Positions 18,130-28,021 of a stretch of DNA of 64,000 nt are shown here, piece after piece; position 1 is the first letter of the stretch, and each line of letters starts with the position of its first letter. Location: positions 186,001 to 250,000 of the IMG/VR virus record IMGVR_UViG_3300001782_000005. One strand, written 5' to 3'. The translations under genes and the position numbers were made by a program. Below the pieces are notes generated by a model. It ran no database searches, was not told the origin of the DNA, and worked only from the letters and a program-made list of their open reading frames with translations.

Positions 18130-18512
18130 TGAGACCTTTTGTAGATAAAGTAAACCCAAATATAAATCTCCAAAAGGGTGAATATTTGTGTAAACCATGT
18201 AATGGTTGGGGGCGTATTCTAAATGAGGATGAATTGCTTCGTACTCCTTTCCTTAAATGTCCAGTGTGTCTTGGACACGGGAAACTCGATTGGATTGAAA
18301 ATATAGTTGGAAAAAGAGAAGAGAATAGAAGTGATGATTGTGATTGGAGACCAAGAGCAGTAACCGGTATCATAGCTGGAGATCCCCCACCAAAACTAGA
18401 GGAGGGGACAGCATTCTATGATAAGGATAAGGACGTTCTTAAAATCTATAATGGAAAAACTTGGTTTACGCTCGCAAACCCAAAAGAAGGAGCAAAAAAT
18501 GGCAGATTTTGA
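18129..18512 (+). CDS. Double CxxCxGxG zinc-finger protein, paralog 1
   Basis: GEYLCKPCNGWG...CPVCLGHGKLDWIENIVG. Confidence 0.7.
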   Translation: MRPFVDKVNPNINLQKGEYLCKPCNGWGRILNEDELLRTPFLKCPVCLGHGKLDWIENIVGKREENRSDDCDWRPRAVTGIIAGDPPPKLEEGTAFYDKDKDVLKIYNGKTWFTLANPKEGAKNGRF

Positions 18513-19086
18513 CAAGGCATTTGAAGTGACAATGGGTCACGAAGGCGGATATGTGCATGATCCAGATGATCCAGGTGGAGAGACTTATAAAGGTGTTGCA
18601 AGAGATCGTCATCCAACTTGGAGAGGTTGGGCAGTAATTGACAAGAAGAAAAATGAACCCAACTTCCCAAAGAATCTAGATGGTGATGAAGATTTACAAG
18701 AATGCATCAAAGAATTTTATAAGATAACTTTCTGGGATCATCTTTGTGGAGATTTGATTCCAGATGATGATATTGCAATTGAGATGTTTGATACTGGGGT
18801 GAATATGGGAGTTTATTGGGCATCAATGTTTCTACAACAGACTCTTAACCTTCTAAATAGAGAAGGTCATCTTTATGCAGATATTTCTGAAGATGGAGAT
18901 GTTGGCAAGAATACAATTAAGGCTCTTAAAACTCTTTTAAGTTATGATCCGCCTGAATTAGTTCTTCTGTGGTTGAATGTATTTCAGGGAGCTAGATACG
19001 CAAGCATATCCAAGAATAATCCAAAGTTGGAAAAATATATGAGAGGATGGTCTAAGCGCCTTAAAGTAGCGAAACAATATGGTTAA
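18499..19086 (+). CDS. GH108 lysozyme/endolysin with peptidoglycan-binding C-terminus
   Basis: HEGGYVHDPDDPGGETYKGV; FDTGVNMG; GW C-terminal motif. Confidence 0.9.
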   Translation: MADFDKAFEVTMGHEGGYVHDPDDPGGETYKGVARDRHPTWRGWAVIDKKKNEPNFPKNLDGDEDLQECIKEFYKITFWDHLCGDLIPDDDIAIEMFDTGVNMGVYWASMFLQQTLNLLNREGHLYADISEDGDVGKNTIKALKTLLSYDPPELVLLWLNVFQGARYASISKNNPKLEKYMRGWSKRLKVAKQYG

Positions 19087-19372
19087 AGTAAAAAAGTATC
19101 GAGTAAAAAGGATAAGACCTCGCCTAGAAATAGGCGAGGTTTTTTGTGATCATTGTGATGGTAGTGGTTTGGTAAAGGAGAAGCAATTCCGTTCTCCTCT
19201 TACAGATGGTCTATGTAAATTTATTGAGGAAGATTGCTATATAGTTGATAAACAATGCCCTACTTGTAAGGGGGAGGGTAAATTAGATTGGGTTGAGAAT
19301 GTTGTGGGGAAACATGATAGTGACAAACCAAGAAGAGTCAAAAAACGATTTAAGATTATCTCAGAATCATAA
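19079..19372 (+). CDS. Zinc-finger paralog 2
   Basis: GEVFCDHCDGSG...CPTCKGEGKLDWVENVVG. Confidence 0.7.
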   Translation: MVKVKKYRVKRIRPRLEIGEVFCDHCDGSGLVKEKQFRSPLTDGLCKFIEEDCYIVDKQCPTCKGEGKLDWVENVVGKHDSDKPRRVKKRFKIISES

Positions 19373-19382
19373 AGAAAATAAG

Positions 19383-19664
19383 ATGGAGTCAGTTTGCTCA
19401 CTTAAAGCAACTGGACTTGATTTAGAAGAAGGTGAATTAATATGTGATACTTGTAATGGTTGGGGAGTTATCCAAAAAAGGAAAGGTGAATGGCCGTATA
19501 CTCAACCATATGTTAGAAGTTACTGGGTCAAGGATTGTGAGAAATGTAATGGAGCAGGAAAACTAGATTGGGTCGAGAATGCTGTAGGTAAGAGGCAAAG
19601 ACCCAAATATGGGAGTGTTTTTAAATATGACAGAGAAACAGGAAAAGTCAAAAGAGTCGATTAA
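19383..19664 (+). CDS. Zinc-finger paralog 3
   Basis: GELICDTCNGWG...CEKCNGAGKLDWVENAVG. Confidence 0.7.
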   Translation: MESVCSLKATGLDLEEGELICDTCNGWGVIQKRKGEWPYTQPYVRSYWVKDCEKCNGAGKLDWVENAVGKRQRPKYGSVFKYDRETGKVKRVD

Positions 19665-20085
19665 GGACGATGCCGCTAGATATTTTGCAGAAAAGATAGC
19701 CGGGTCAAAAAATTATGATAATCCCTTCTACTATTTATGGTCAGAATTCCTTGGAGGTCTTGCTTTAGTATCTTTCAAATTCTGGATTATGTACTTGACA
19801 AATGAAGAAGGGTTTAGAGAAGGTCTTGAAGATAGTCCAAAAGCTATTATAGATGCAGTATTGCAAATGTGGAGGGTAAGAGTTATAAGTGAAATTGATA
19901 AAGAGATGGAAAAGCATGAAGAAATGATGAAAACTCCATACGCAAAAATATTTGGAAATTTAATGACTCCTCCTGATGAAGCACGAAAAGAGATATATAA
20001 AACCATAGAAGAAGTAGAGGCGAAAGCGAGGCAGGCTCTTTATGATGGTATCGTTGTGGCGGTGGATAAAGTTAAAACTGAATGA
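19609..20085 (+). CDS. Hypothetical helical protein
   Basis: ORF within operon. Confidence 0.55.
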   Translation: MGVFLNMTEKQEKSKESIKDDAARYFAEKIAGSKNYDNPFYYLWSEFLGGLALVSFKFWIMYLTNEEGFREGLEDSPKAIIDAVLQMWRVRVISEIDKEMEKHEEMMKTPYAKIFGNLMTPPDEARKEIYKTIEEVEAKARQALYDGIVVAVDKVKTE

Positions 20086-20317
20086 GGGCGAACTTATCTG
20101 CCCGTATTGCAAAGGTTCCGGTTATATATATCGAAAACCCAAATGGGGAGTTAAGGAAACACTTTCTTGTCCCCTTTGTGGTACTGCTGGAAAGGTTGAC
20201 TGGATTAGAAATATAGTTGGACCTGATCCTAGAATGCCTCAGCAATATTGGCGAGACAAATCATACGCAAGAAAGATCTTCGACTGGTTACATAGGATGA
20301 TATATGAACGAGTATGA
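20042..20317 (+). CDS. Zinc-finger paralog 4
   Basis: GELICPYCKGSG...CPLCGTAGKVDWIRNIVG. Confidence 0.7.
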   Translation: MMVSLWRWIKLKLNEGELICPYCKGSGYIYRKPKWGVKETLSCPLCGTAGKVDWIRNIVGPDPRMPQQYWRDKSYARKIFDWLHRMIYERV

Positions 20318-20663
20318 GAGATATAAGTGTGATAAATGTGATGGTACAGGAATGTACTACCGCTGTAATAAGAATAATCAAGCTTTTCTATCTATGTGTC
20401 CAAAGTGCGACGGAGATGGACATCTGGATTGGGTCGAGAATATTGTTGGAAAGAGAAGAAAGGTAAATATAGATACTTCCGGAGTCATTGATATAAAGAC
20501 AAAAGGAGTTGCTATTAATTATCCAAGGATGCACGGAAAAACAACGTTTCTAAAAGCACAAGTAGATATTGAAAAAGAAATTATTCAAGCAATGAGTAAC
20601 AAAATTGCAATGGAGATTGATGAAATGATAATTTCAGAATTGCTTGGGAAGGAGAAAGGATGA
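20304..20663 (+). CDS. Zinc-finger paralog 5
   Basis: CDKCDGTG...CPKCDGDGHLDWVENIVG. Confidence 0.7.
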   Translation: MNEYERYKCDKCDGTGMYYRCNKNNQAFLSMCPKCDGDGHLDWVENIVGKRRKVNIDTSGVIDIKTKGVAINYPRMHGKTTFLKAQVDIEKEIIQAMSNKIAMEIDEMIISELLGKEKG

Positions 20664-22171
20664 TAACAGAGGCATTTCTTAATGTTTGCTTCTCAGTATT
20701 ATTTTGCAAATCTCCCGAAGGAACAAAAGTTAGAAGAGATAATACAATATCTCGAGACATTTTAGAGATTCTCGATTTCTTCGAAGGGAAAGATAATACG
20801 GGTATCCCAGTTACCTCAAGAAATAAATGGGATTGTCTTAAGAGAGTTTGCTCACTTAGACTTGAAGGAAGGAGTAATGATGCAATAATCTCTAGCCTGA
20901 CTGGTATGGGTAAGAAATATTCAGGTTTAAAAGATTTTCTCGAAGCAAAGTCTAGTGAAGAACTGGTTAGTCAAGAGATTGCAAGAAATATAGATCATAT
21001 AAGAATACATAGAAAAGCAGCCTCAATGTTTTCAAATTATAATGAACTAGTTAGATTAGTTGAGTTAATTAAAGATGGTTCTTTCGAAGCAATTGATGAT
21101 TTAGTAACGAATTATGAGGGTGAGATAAAAAGATTATATGTAAATGTAATGGAACACAGTCGAAGTTCAGATATTGAAGCATCTGCTTCTCTAGATTTTA
21201 TTAAAGATGATCATACTCCTATCTTAGAAGAGATAGTTGATAAATATACAAGTAAGAATAAAGTTTCAACTGGTTTTAGAGTTTTTGATGCTGATGTTAT
21301 GAATGGAGGTTTTGAGACAGAAAGATTATATATTTTTGGTGGGGGGACCAGTGCAGGGAAATCAACTTTAATAAATAACATGATAATTAATTCTGCAACC
21401 ATATTTGATCCCGTATTAGATGGATGTTATCAAGGAGATGAGATCGAAAGGGTTTATATTTATATCACTCTTGAGAATTCTTTGAGTGATGCATATTTAA
21501 GAACATATCAACCATTATATGATAGAACAACTGCGCAAGCAGTTGATGATGTGAAGAAGGGGATGGATATAAGGAAAGCAATAATTGAAAAACTCAAGCA
21601 AAAAGGCAGTACAATAATTATGAAATTCTTTCCTGCATATTCAATTACCCCTAATGATCTCATGCCTATTGTGAATGATGCAATTTCTGAATATGGTCAG
21701 GAATCTATTAAAGGTTTATATGTTGATTATCTTGATTTGCTCAGACCAGATCGTAGACATGAATATTATAGGATAGAGTTAGGTCACATTGCTCTATCTC
21801 TTAAAGGTATCTCAAGTTATTATAAAATTCCAGTAATTACAGCTAGTCAATTGGGTCGTCAAGTTTATGATGGAATAAACAATGCAAGAGAGCTTCATCT
21901 TGGTATGATATCTGAGTCAATCAAGAAAGTCGAGCATGCTGATTTTGTGGCATTACTTGCTAGAAATGTTACAGAGGAAAGCAAAGTTCATGTATTTGTT
22001 GGAAAAAACAGAAGTGGAAAATCAAATGTAGCTATAGACTTTCATGCTAATTTTGATAAATATAAATTTGTAAATGGAAACGTTGTTGCTGTATCAAAGG
22101 AAGAAAGAGCAGAATCTCGTATTGGTACAACTCCTATGGATGACATTGCTTTCCAGGGTATGACAATATGA
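20660..22171 (+). CDS. DnaB/gp41-like replicative helicase
   Basis: Walker A GGTSAGKST, YVDYLDLL, PVITASQLGR, KNRSG. Confidence 0.85.
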   Translation: MITEAFLNVCFSVLFCKSPEGTKVRRDNTISRDILEILDFFEGKDNTGIPVTSRNKWDCLKRVCSLRLEGRSNDAIISSLTGMGKKYSGLKDFLEAKSSEELVSQEIARNIDHIRIHRKAASMFSNYNELVRLVELIKDGSFEAIDDLVTNYEGEIKRLYVNVMEHSRSSDIEASASLDFIKDDHTPILEEIVDKYTSKNKVSTGFRVFDADVMNGGFETERLYIFGGGTSAGKSTLINNMIINSATIFDPVLDGCYQGDEIERVYIYITLENSLSDAYLRTYQPLYDRTTAQAVDDVKKGMDIRKAIIEKLKQKGSTIIMKFFPAYSITPNDLMPIVNDAISEYGQESIKGLYVDYLDLLRPDRRHEYYRIELGHIALSLKGISSYYKIPVITASQLGRQVYDGINNARELHLGMISESIKKVEHADFVALLARNVTEESKVHVFVGKNRSGKSNVAIDFHANFDKYKFVNGNVVAVSKEERAESRIGTTPMDDIAFQGMTI

Positions 22172-22277
22172 GATTATATCTTACTGCAAATACCAACCAA
22201 ATAAAGAACAAAAAATAAACAATTTGAGAAGATAATAAAACCTTTGAGGAGGAAAAAAAGATTAGGGAGGAATTATT

Positions 22278-23159
22278 ATGAGCGAGAAAAAAACTAAAAA
22301 GGTATCGTATGCTAACTTACTGAAGGAGGCTCTTTCGGATTATACCGATACTCCGAAAAATGTAGATACGTTGGGTCCATTCCTCGATCCTATACTCAGT
22401 TATAAGGGCGATGGCGAACTACCCACCCACAAAGATGCCGCATCAATCCTTGAAAGGTATTATTTTAAGCAGGAACAGGATGAAGGCGTTACCATATCCC
22501 TTGATGAAGAAGAGTCTGTCGTCAATAAGGATATTGTGACTGTGGGCAAGGACAAAGCTGCTCTTGCCGATGAACCAGAATCAGTCAAAAAGTCCAAAGA
22601 TGATACTGAAGATGCGATGGCTATGGAGCAGGAAGAAATGGATGTGGAAGAGGAAGAGGAAGAGACTGAGGAAGTAGAAGAGCAAATGGTTCCCGAGGAG
22701 CCTGCTGGTCTTTCTGGAGATGAAAAAGAACTTCCGCCACGTAAAGGTAAAGATGGTGAGGGGCAAGTTGAGCCTGCAAAACTAGAGTCACAGGTCGTCG
22801 AGGAAGATGACTCAGTTGAAAATGCAGTTATCGAAAAGCTGATCTCTGAGATGGAAGAGGAAGAAGCAGACGAGGAAGCAGAGGAAGAGGAAGCTGCACC
22901 CGTCGCTGAGCAGGATGAAGAAGCGGAGGAAGAGAAAGAAGAGGAAGAAGAAGAGTTAGACGTCGACAAAGAAATGGAAGAAGAAGAGGAAGAGGAAGAG
23001 GAAGCTATTGAAGAGCAAATTCCTATTCAAAAGATAGCTGGTGCAGGCGGATTGGATAAAGAAGAGATGGAAGAGATGTATGAGTCCTTTCAAATCTTCA
23101 AAGAGCAAATTGAGGAAGATGACACTCCTGACATTAGCTCAGATGAAGTAATTGTCTAG
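22278..23159 (+). CDS. Very acidic low-complexity protein (possible head core/scaffold)
   Basis: Long Glu tracts; own class-2 motif at 22206-22219 and terminator. Confidence 0.6.
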   Translation: MSEKKTKKVSYANLLKEALSDYTDTPKNVDTLGPFLDPILSYKGDGELPTHKDAASILERYYFKQEQDEGVTISLDEEESVVNKDIVTVGKDKAALADEPESVKKSKDDTEDAMAMEQEEMDVEEEEEETEEVEEQMVPEEPAGLSGDEKELPPRKGKDGEGQVEPAKLESQVVEEDDSVENAVIEKLISEMEEEEADEEAEEEEAAPVAEQDEEAEEEKEEEEEELDVDKEMEEEEEEEEEAIEEQIPIQKIAGAGGLDKEEMEEMYESFQIFKEQIEEDDTPDISSDEVIV

Positions 23160-23166
23160 AACTTAA

Positions 23167-23219
23167 ATAGAACTCAACAGTGGAGGTCAGTCTTCCTTCA
23201 CTGTTGAGTCTATTTTTTT
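23167..23219 (+). terminator. Intrinsic terminator
   Basis: CTCAACAGTGGAGG/CCTTCACTGTTGAG stem plus T-tract. Confidence 0.75.
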
Positions 23220-23225
23220 GGATTT

Positions 23226-23534
23226 TTGGAAAATGCCATGAAAAAAGAAAAACGAAGAGTGAAGATTCATGAAGCGAATCATGTAATAATATTTAGAGGT
23301 CGGCCAGTAAGAACTCCAGTTACTTTGGATGTTACCGATAAAGAATTCGATTTTATTATGATGAATATACAGTCTAGAGGAATTATGAAATATGAAGTTG
23401 AAGACATAATTAAGAATGAGGCGCCTTTCGAAGAAAGTTTAGTTATGAAAGTCCCTCAGGATATTGAAGAAGTAGTTGGTGTCGAAGAGTTCGAGGGCCA
23501 GTCAACCCTTGATAGAATTTTGGAAGAAAAATGA
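23226..23534 (+). CDS. Hypothetical protein
   Basis: Operon ORF. Confidence 0.55.
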   Translation: MENAMKKEKRRVKIHEANHVIIFRGRPVRTPVTLDVTDKEFDFIMMNIQSRGIMKYEVEDIIKNEAPFEESLVMKVPQDIEEVVGVEEFEGQSTLDRILEEK

Positions 23535-23809
23535 AGGTTATTAAAATAATCCACGAAAATGCGGACCCTATTGAAGTTCACGACAACGATGAAAGAGATT
23601 TGGTATCATATGCCGAGAACCTTTCAAAACTTCTTGAAGCTAGTAATGTAACAATATTAGAGACCACTTCGGGGTCAGTTATAGTTAGGCCATCGCGAGT
23701 GTGCTCAATTGTAGTCTCCGAAGTAAATGATGAAGGTGAACTAGTTAAAGAAACTGTGACTGAAACCGAAAGTATAGAAAGCGAGGACGTCGTTACTGAC
23801 GGAGAATAA
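23531..23809 (+). CDS. Hypothetical acidic protein
   Basis: Operon ORF. Confidence 0.55.
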   Translation: MKVIKIIHENADPIEVHDNDERDLVSYAENLSKLLEASNVTILETTSGSVIVRPSRVCSIVVSEVNDEGELVKETVTETESIESEDVVTDGE

Positions 23810-23810
23810 T

Positions 23811-24254
23811 GTGTCACCATACATCCCTGTAGGTTTAGCTTCTATAGCATTTTGTGCACTATTGTTTCTATTCAATAGATATCAAGATTCAAGAAAGAGA
23901 ATGGAGGCAATAAAAAATTTCCCATCGTATGCTACTACACTTGGTTATCATTTAGAAAAAGCATATGAGATAATTCATAAAGACAGAATGCTTGTCTATT
24001 CTCTTGAAGCAACGAGAGTTCCAGATGAGCAGTTTAATGTTATTACAAAAGATTTTATAGGTTTAGTACTTAAATTAATGGGCCCTAAATTGACAAAAGA
24101 GTTCACTTATATTTATGGAAATCTCGATACTCTTATCTTTAATATAACTGAGTTCTTTAATACTAAATATGAAGATGATGAGATAAGGCGAGATGCCATG
24201 ACAGCAATGATTGAAAAAGAAATTGACGAGGGCGAGGAAACTACCGGAGAATAA
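23811..24254 (+). CDS. Hypothetical protein with N-terminal TM
   Basis: Hydrophobic N-terminus. Confidence 0.55.
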   Translation: MSPYIPVGLASIAFCALLFLFNRYQDSRKRMEAIKNFPSYATTLGYHLEKAYEIIHKDRMLVYSLEATRVPDEQFNVITKDFIGLVLKLMGPKLTKEFTYIYGNLDTLIFNITEFFNTKYEDDEIRRDAMTAMIEKEIDEGEETTGE

Positions 24255-24256
24255 AT

Positions 24257-26158
24257 ATGCCACTCAGTGATACATTTGATAAATTAAAATCGTCAGTCCT
24301 TGGAGTAAAAACTACAAAGATTGATAAAACATTAGATAAAGCGGTTCGAGACATTTCAATGTATAAGTCTCAATCCGGAAGAAATGGATATATAGACTTA
24401 GTGCGTTCTGTTATTGCTAAGAGTGGTCAAATAGATATTGGTACTGGTGGACAAGGTTTATTTGGACAAGCAGCAACTCCTGCAATGATGGGTCAAGGTG
24501 GGAGGTTAATGCGCTATAGAACATATGAAGCAATCGTCTCAAATATAAGTTATTGTTTCAGGGCCCTAAGTGTTTTAACAGATAATATTCTTTCACCAGA
24601 TGACATTACAAAAATTTCTCTTGATATTAAACCAATTGAACAAATAACAGATGAAATATCGACTGAGACAATAGTGAATCTTGTAGAGGAGATTATCAAG
24701 AGGGTAAAACTTGAGCAACATTTAACTAGGATAGTTAGAAACACTTTAAAGTTTGGTGATTATTTTTGCGAGATTGCAGATACAAAAACAGCATTGACAT
24801 CTAGAGCCATAATTGCAGAATATCACCAGTATTTAGATGCAAATAAGATAAATACAGATAAGGAAACTATAGTAATAGAAAGTGATGAATTTAAGAAGTC
24901 TGATTTTAATACAAAAATTACTATTGATTATTCTGCCTTTACAGAAGCAGAAGTATCAGAAGAGGGAGAAAAAAGTAAAGATGATGATGAAGAAGATGAA
25001 ATGAATTTAAATGATGTACATTTAGTTTACCATGAACCAAAATTTGTAGTAAAACTTCAAAGCGATCTTTTTCCTCTCTGTTTTGGTTATTTAATATTTC
25101 CTAGAGCACTGTCAATTCCTCAATTAGCAATTCAAGATCAAATAGTTAATAACATCTGTCTTGCAATCCTAAAAAACATTGAGAAAAGAATTCCTCAAGC
25201 AAAAGAATTACAAGATAACGAGGACTTGAAAGATATTATTAGAACAATGATAAAAACCTCAGATTTTTCTAGATCGTTAAATATTAGGTTTGTACCTGCT
25301 GACAAAATAGAACACTTTCATATTCCATCAGATAAATATTTTCCATACGGAGAATCCATATTTGATGCATGCCAATATAATGCAAAAGTCTTGATTGCTT
25401 TGGAAACTGCTTTAGCAATCCACAGATTAACAAGATCTATTGAGAAGAGAAAAGTTGCAATAGAGATTGGATTGCCGCGTGATGCTAAGAAAGCAATTGA
25501 GAAAATGAAAGAGGAGTTTAGAAAGAGAAAAATTAGTTTAGATTCATTTGGTACAGTTGATACTATTCCAAGCATGATTACTACATTTGAAGATATTTAT
25601 ATTCCTCAGAAAGATGGGAAAGCATTCGTTGACGTTAGTACTTTTAATGAAGGTGGTGTGGATGTTAGGGGTAAGGTTGATGAGTTGAAGTTTATGAGAG
25701 ATAGTATTGTTGCGTGTCTTGGAGTTCCTGCTAGTTTTCTAAATATTGAGGAAAATCTCTCAAGTAAAGCTGCTCTATCAGAAGAGAATATTTTATTTGC
25801 GAGGACGATTGTTGGTCATCAAAAATATTTTACTCATCAAATAAATAACTTGTTATATAAGGTCATAACTCTTGTTAAACCGGATATTGCACTGGAGTTA
25901 TTAGATACAGTTCTAATAGCTCTCGCTCCACCCAAATCTCTACAATTTGAAAGAGAAGCAAGGTACCTAAGTGATCTAGCGAATATGATTGATACAATGG
26001 ATAGAATAGGCATACCAAAAGAATATGCCAAGAAGAAATATCTTAGTCAAATTGACTGGTCTGAAATTGAGAAATATAAGGTTGATGAGGATATTGATAA
26101 AGGGATGGGTACTGAGAAAGAAGAGGAAACTCCAGGATTTGGTGGAGGCGCATTCTAA
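24257..26158 (+). CDS. Portal protein (T4 gp20-like)
   Basis: PYGESIF, IHRLTRSIEKR, EDIYIP, DELKFMR..I.ACLGVP, EENILFARTI. Confidence 0.85.
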   Translation: MPLSDTFDKLKSSVLGVKTTKIDKTLDKAVRDISMYKSQSGRNGYIDLVRSVIAKSGQIDIGTGGQGLFGQAATPAMMGQGGRLMRYRTYEAIVSNISYCFRALSVLTDNILSPDDITKISLDIKPIEQITDEISTETIVNLVEEIIKRVKLEQHLTRIVRNTLKFGDYFCEIADTKTALTSRAIIAEYHQYLDANKINTDKETIVIESDEFKKSDFNTKITIDYSAFTEAEVSEEGEKSKDDDEEDEMNLNDVHLVYHEPKFVVKLQSDLFPLCFGYLIFPRALSIPQLAIQDQIVNNICLAILKNIEKRIPQAKELQDNEDLKDIIRTMIKTSDFSRSLNIRFVPADKIEHFHIPSDKYFPYGESIFDACQYNAKVLIALETALAIHRLTRSIEKRKVAIEIGLPRDAKKAIEKMKEEFRKRKISLDSFGTVDTIPSMITTFEDIYIPQKDGKAFVDVSTFNEGGVDVRGKVDELKFMRDSIVACLGVPASFLNIEENLSSKAALSEENILFARTIVGHQKYFTHQINNLLYKVITLVKPDIALELLDTVLIALAPPKSLQFEREARYLSDLANMIDTMDRIGIPKEYAKKKYLSQIDWSEIEKYKVDEDIDKGMGTEKEEETPGFGGGAF

Positions 26159-26170
26159 GGAGATAATGTT

Positions 26171-27097
26171 ATGTCCGAAAGACTTCAAAAAATACTCGAT
26201 GAATTAACAACTACGATGAATAGTACAATGTTCTGGGGTCCACATGGTTTTAGGCGTCAATCACAAGATGTAATAACTTATTATGACCCTAGAGCAGCTA
26301 CTGGATGGGAAGATTATGCAACTTATACTGCGATTGGACCTATTGTGCCCCCTACAACTGCAATTGGTAGTACAATACCAGTAGAAGGTTATGGTCTGAC
26401 AAATAAAAAAGTTGAAGAACAAGAAGAGGAAGAAAAGGAGCATGAAAAATTAGCAACTGAGCAACCCGTTCCTTTACAGCAGCCTCCTTCTGTTGGTGAG
26501 TTTGATGAAGATACTGAGGATAAAGAAAAGGAAGAAAAGATAAAAAAGGTTGATATATTACCAAGAAAGATAAGTGAACAACCCGAAGAAGAGGAAGAAC
26601 CTGTCGAAGAACCTGCGGGTGGTGAAGAAGATATACCAGGTATGCCGGGAGAAGAGATGCCAGGTGAAGAAGAAGGTATACCGGGTATGCCAGGTATACC
26701 AGGTATGCCAGGTGAGGAAGATACAGGACCTGAAACACCAGGAGAAGTTGGTCGTATTTATGAATTAAAGAAGATATATGCGAGATTAATTTCTCTTGAT
26801 CATCATCTGTCTTCATCTACTGATGAAGTTCTCCTAAAGTTACGTCATATAGTATCTCAATCAATTGAAGTCTTCCGAGTTATGATTGCAAATGTTGATT
26901 TGTTTAAGGATAAGATGAATAGTATAATTGTTCTATATTATGAATTTCTTGAGAGAGTATATACTCTACTAAAGAAATATTATAATGCAAAGACTAAAGA
27001 GGAGAGACGGGATGCCAAGATTGAGGATAAACCAGAGAGGGTTTCTCCTGAATACGGGCCACAGTCAAGTGAGAACCCCCTGTATAATAGAGCTTAA
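26171..27097 (+). CDS. Acidic Pro/Gly-rich hypothetical head-module protein
   Basis: IPGMPG repeats, helical C-terminus. Confidence 0.6.
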   Translation: MSERLQKILDELTTTMNSTMFWGPHGFRRQSQDVITYYDPRAATGWEDYATYTAIGPIVPPTTAIGSTIPVEGYGLTNKKVEEQEEEEKEHEKLATEQPVPLQQPPSVGEFDEDTEDKEKEEKIKKVDILPRKISEQPEEEEEPVEEPAGGEEDIPGMPGEEMPGEEEGIPGMPGIPGMPGEEDTGPETPGEVGRIYELKKIYARLISLDHHLSSSTDEVLLKLRHIVSQSIEVFRVMIANVDLFKDKMNSIIVLYYEFLERVYTLLKKYYNAKTKEERRDAKIEDKPERVSPEYGPQSSENPLYNRA

Positions 27098-28010
27098 TGA
27101 TTTTAACCGAGATTTAATTTTTAATCAATTGAGATCAGCAGGTATTTCAAATTATATTATTGATATTCCTGTGGTAATTCAAAGACCTGGCGAGAAAAAA
27201 AGAACACAGTCATTTCCATACTCTCTCAATTATAAACCAGACCCTCTTGACATGAGAGATTATAGAATTTCTAAACTTATTGATAAACCACTCTCTTATT
27301 CTCTATCCGTAGATCACACAAGTAAAATGTCTCCAGTAAAAGATCAAGGTCAAAAAGGTTCTTGCGTTGGTTTTGCAGTTGTTGCGATGAAAGAATGGCA
27401 AGAACAAAAAGAACATATTAATGAAATAATAAAGGGAAAGGTATATAGAAGGAAAGCTAAACACTACGATTTATCAGAGCAATGGTTATATCATAAGACA
27501 AAAGAAATTGATGCTTGGCCAAACCAAGAGGGTACAAGTTTTAGATATGCTCTTAAGATTCTTCAAAAAATGGGAGTTCCGCCTGAAAAAGCATGGCCAT
27601 ATAGTGATAGAACTTTAGGTAGTCCAAAAAGGTGGGCTAAAATGATTGCCCTTTGGACTATGTGTGGTCACTATTATAGACTAGAAGGCATAAAGCAGAT
27701 TGAATGGACATTGAGTAATATTGGACCATGTGTTGCTGGGATTGGTTGCTATGAAGAGATATTCTTCGTTGGTAATGATGGATATGTGCCATATCCAGCA
27801 AGATCAGATATCCTCTATGGTGGTCATGCCATATGTCTCGTTGGTTATGATTCTAAAAAGAAATTAGTTAAATTTAAGAATTCATGGGGAACAAATTGGG
27901 GAGAAAAGGGTTACGGTTATCTCTCTTATGATTATATCAATGATTTCTGTTGGGATGCTTGGGCGGTAAAAGATATTAATGTTACAAAGGAGATGCTTAA
28001 AAGCAAATAA
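26985..28010 (+). CDS. Papain-family (C1) cysteine peptidase; true start uncertain
   Basis: PVKDQGQKGSCVGFA, GGHAICLVGY, KNSWGTNWGEKGY. Confidence 0.9.
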   Translation: MQRLKRRDGMPRLRINQRGFLLNTGHSQVRTPCIIELNDFNRDLIFNQLRSAGISNYIIDIPVVIQRPGEKKRTQSFPYSLNYKPDPLDMRDYRISKLIDKPLSYSLSVDHTSKMSPVKDQGQKGSCVGFAVVAMKEWQEQKEHINEIIKGKVYRRKAKHYDLSEQWLYHKTKEIDAWPNQEGTSFRYALKILQKMGVPPEKAWPYSDRTLGSPKRWAKMIALWTMCGHYYRLEGIKQIEWTLSNIGPCVAGIGCYEEIFFVGNDGYVPYPARSDILYGGHAICLVGYDSKKKLVKFKNSWGTNWGEKGYGYLSYDYINDFCWDAWAVKDINVTKEMLKSK

Positions 28011-28021
28011 GAGGTGCTGCT

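Noticed and set aside
22460-22969. Ser-rich - strand ORF and similar antisense ORFs (e.g. 7..273, 8453..8710, 38585..38863, 55664..55984)
   Set aside because: Shadows of Glu-rich or otherwise better-supported genes on the opposite strand.
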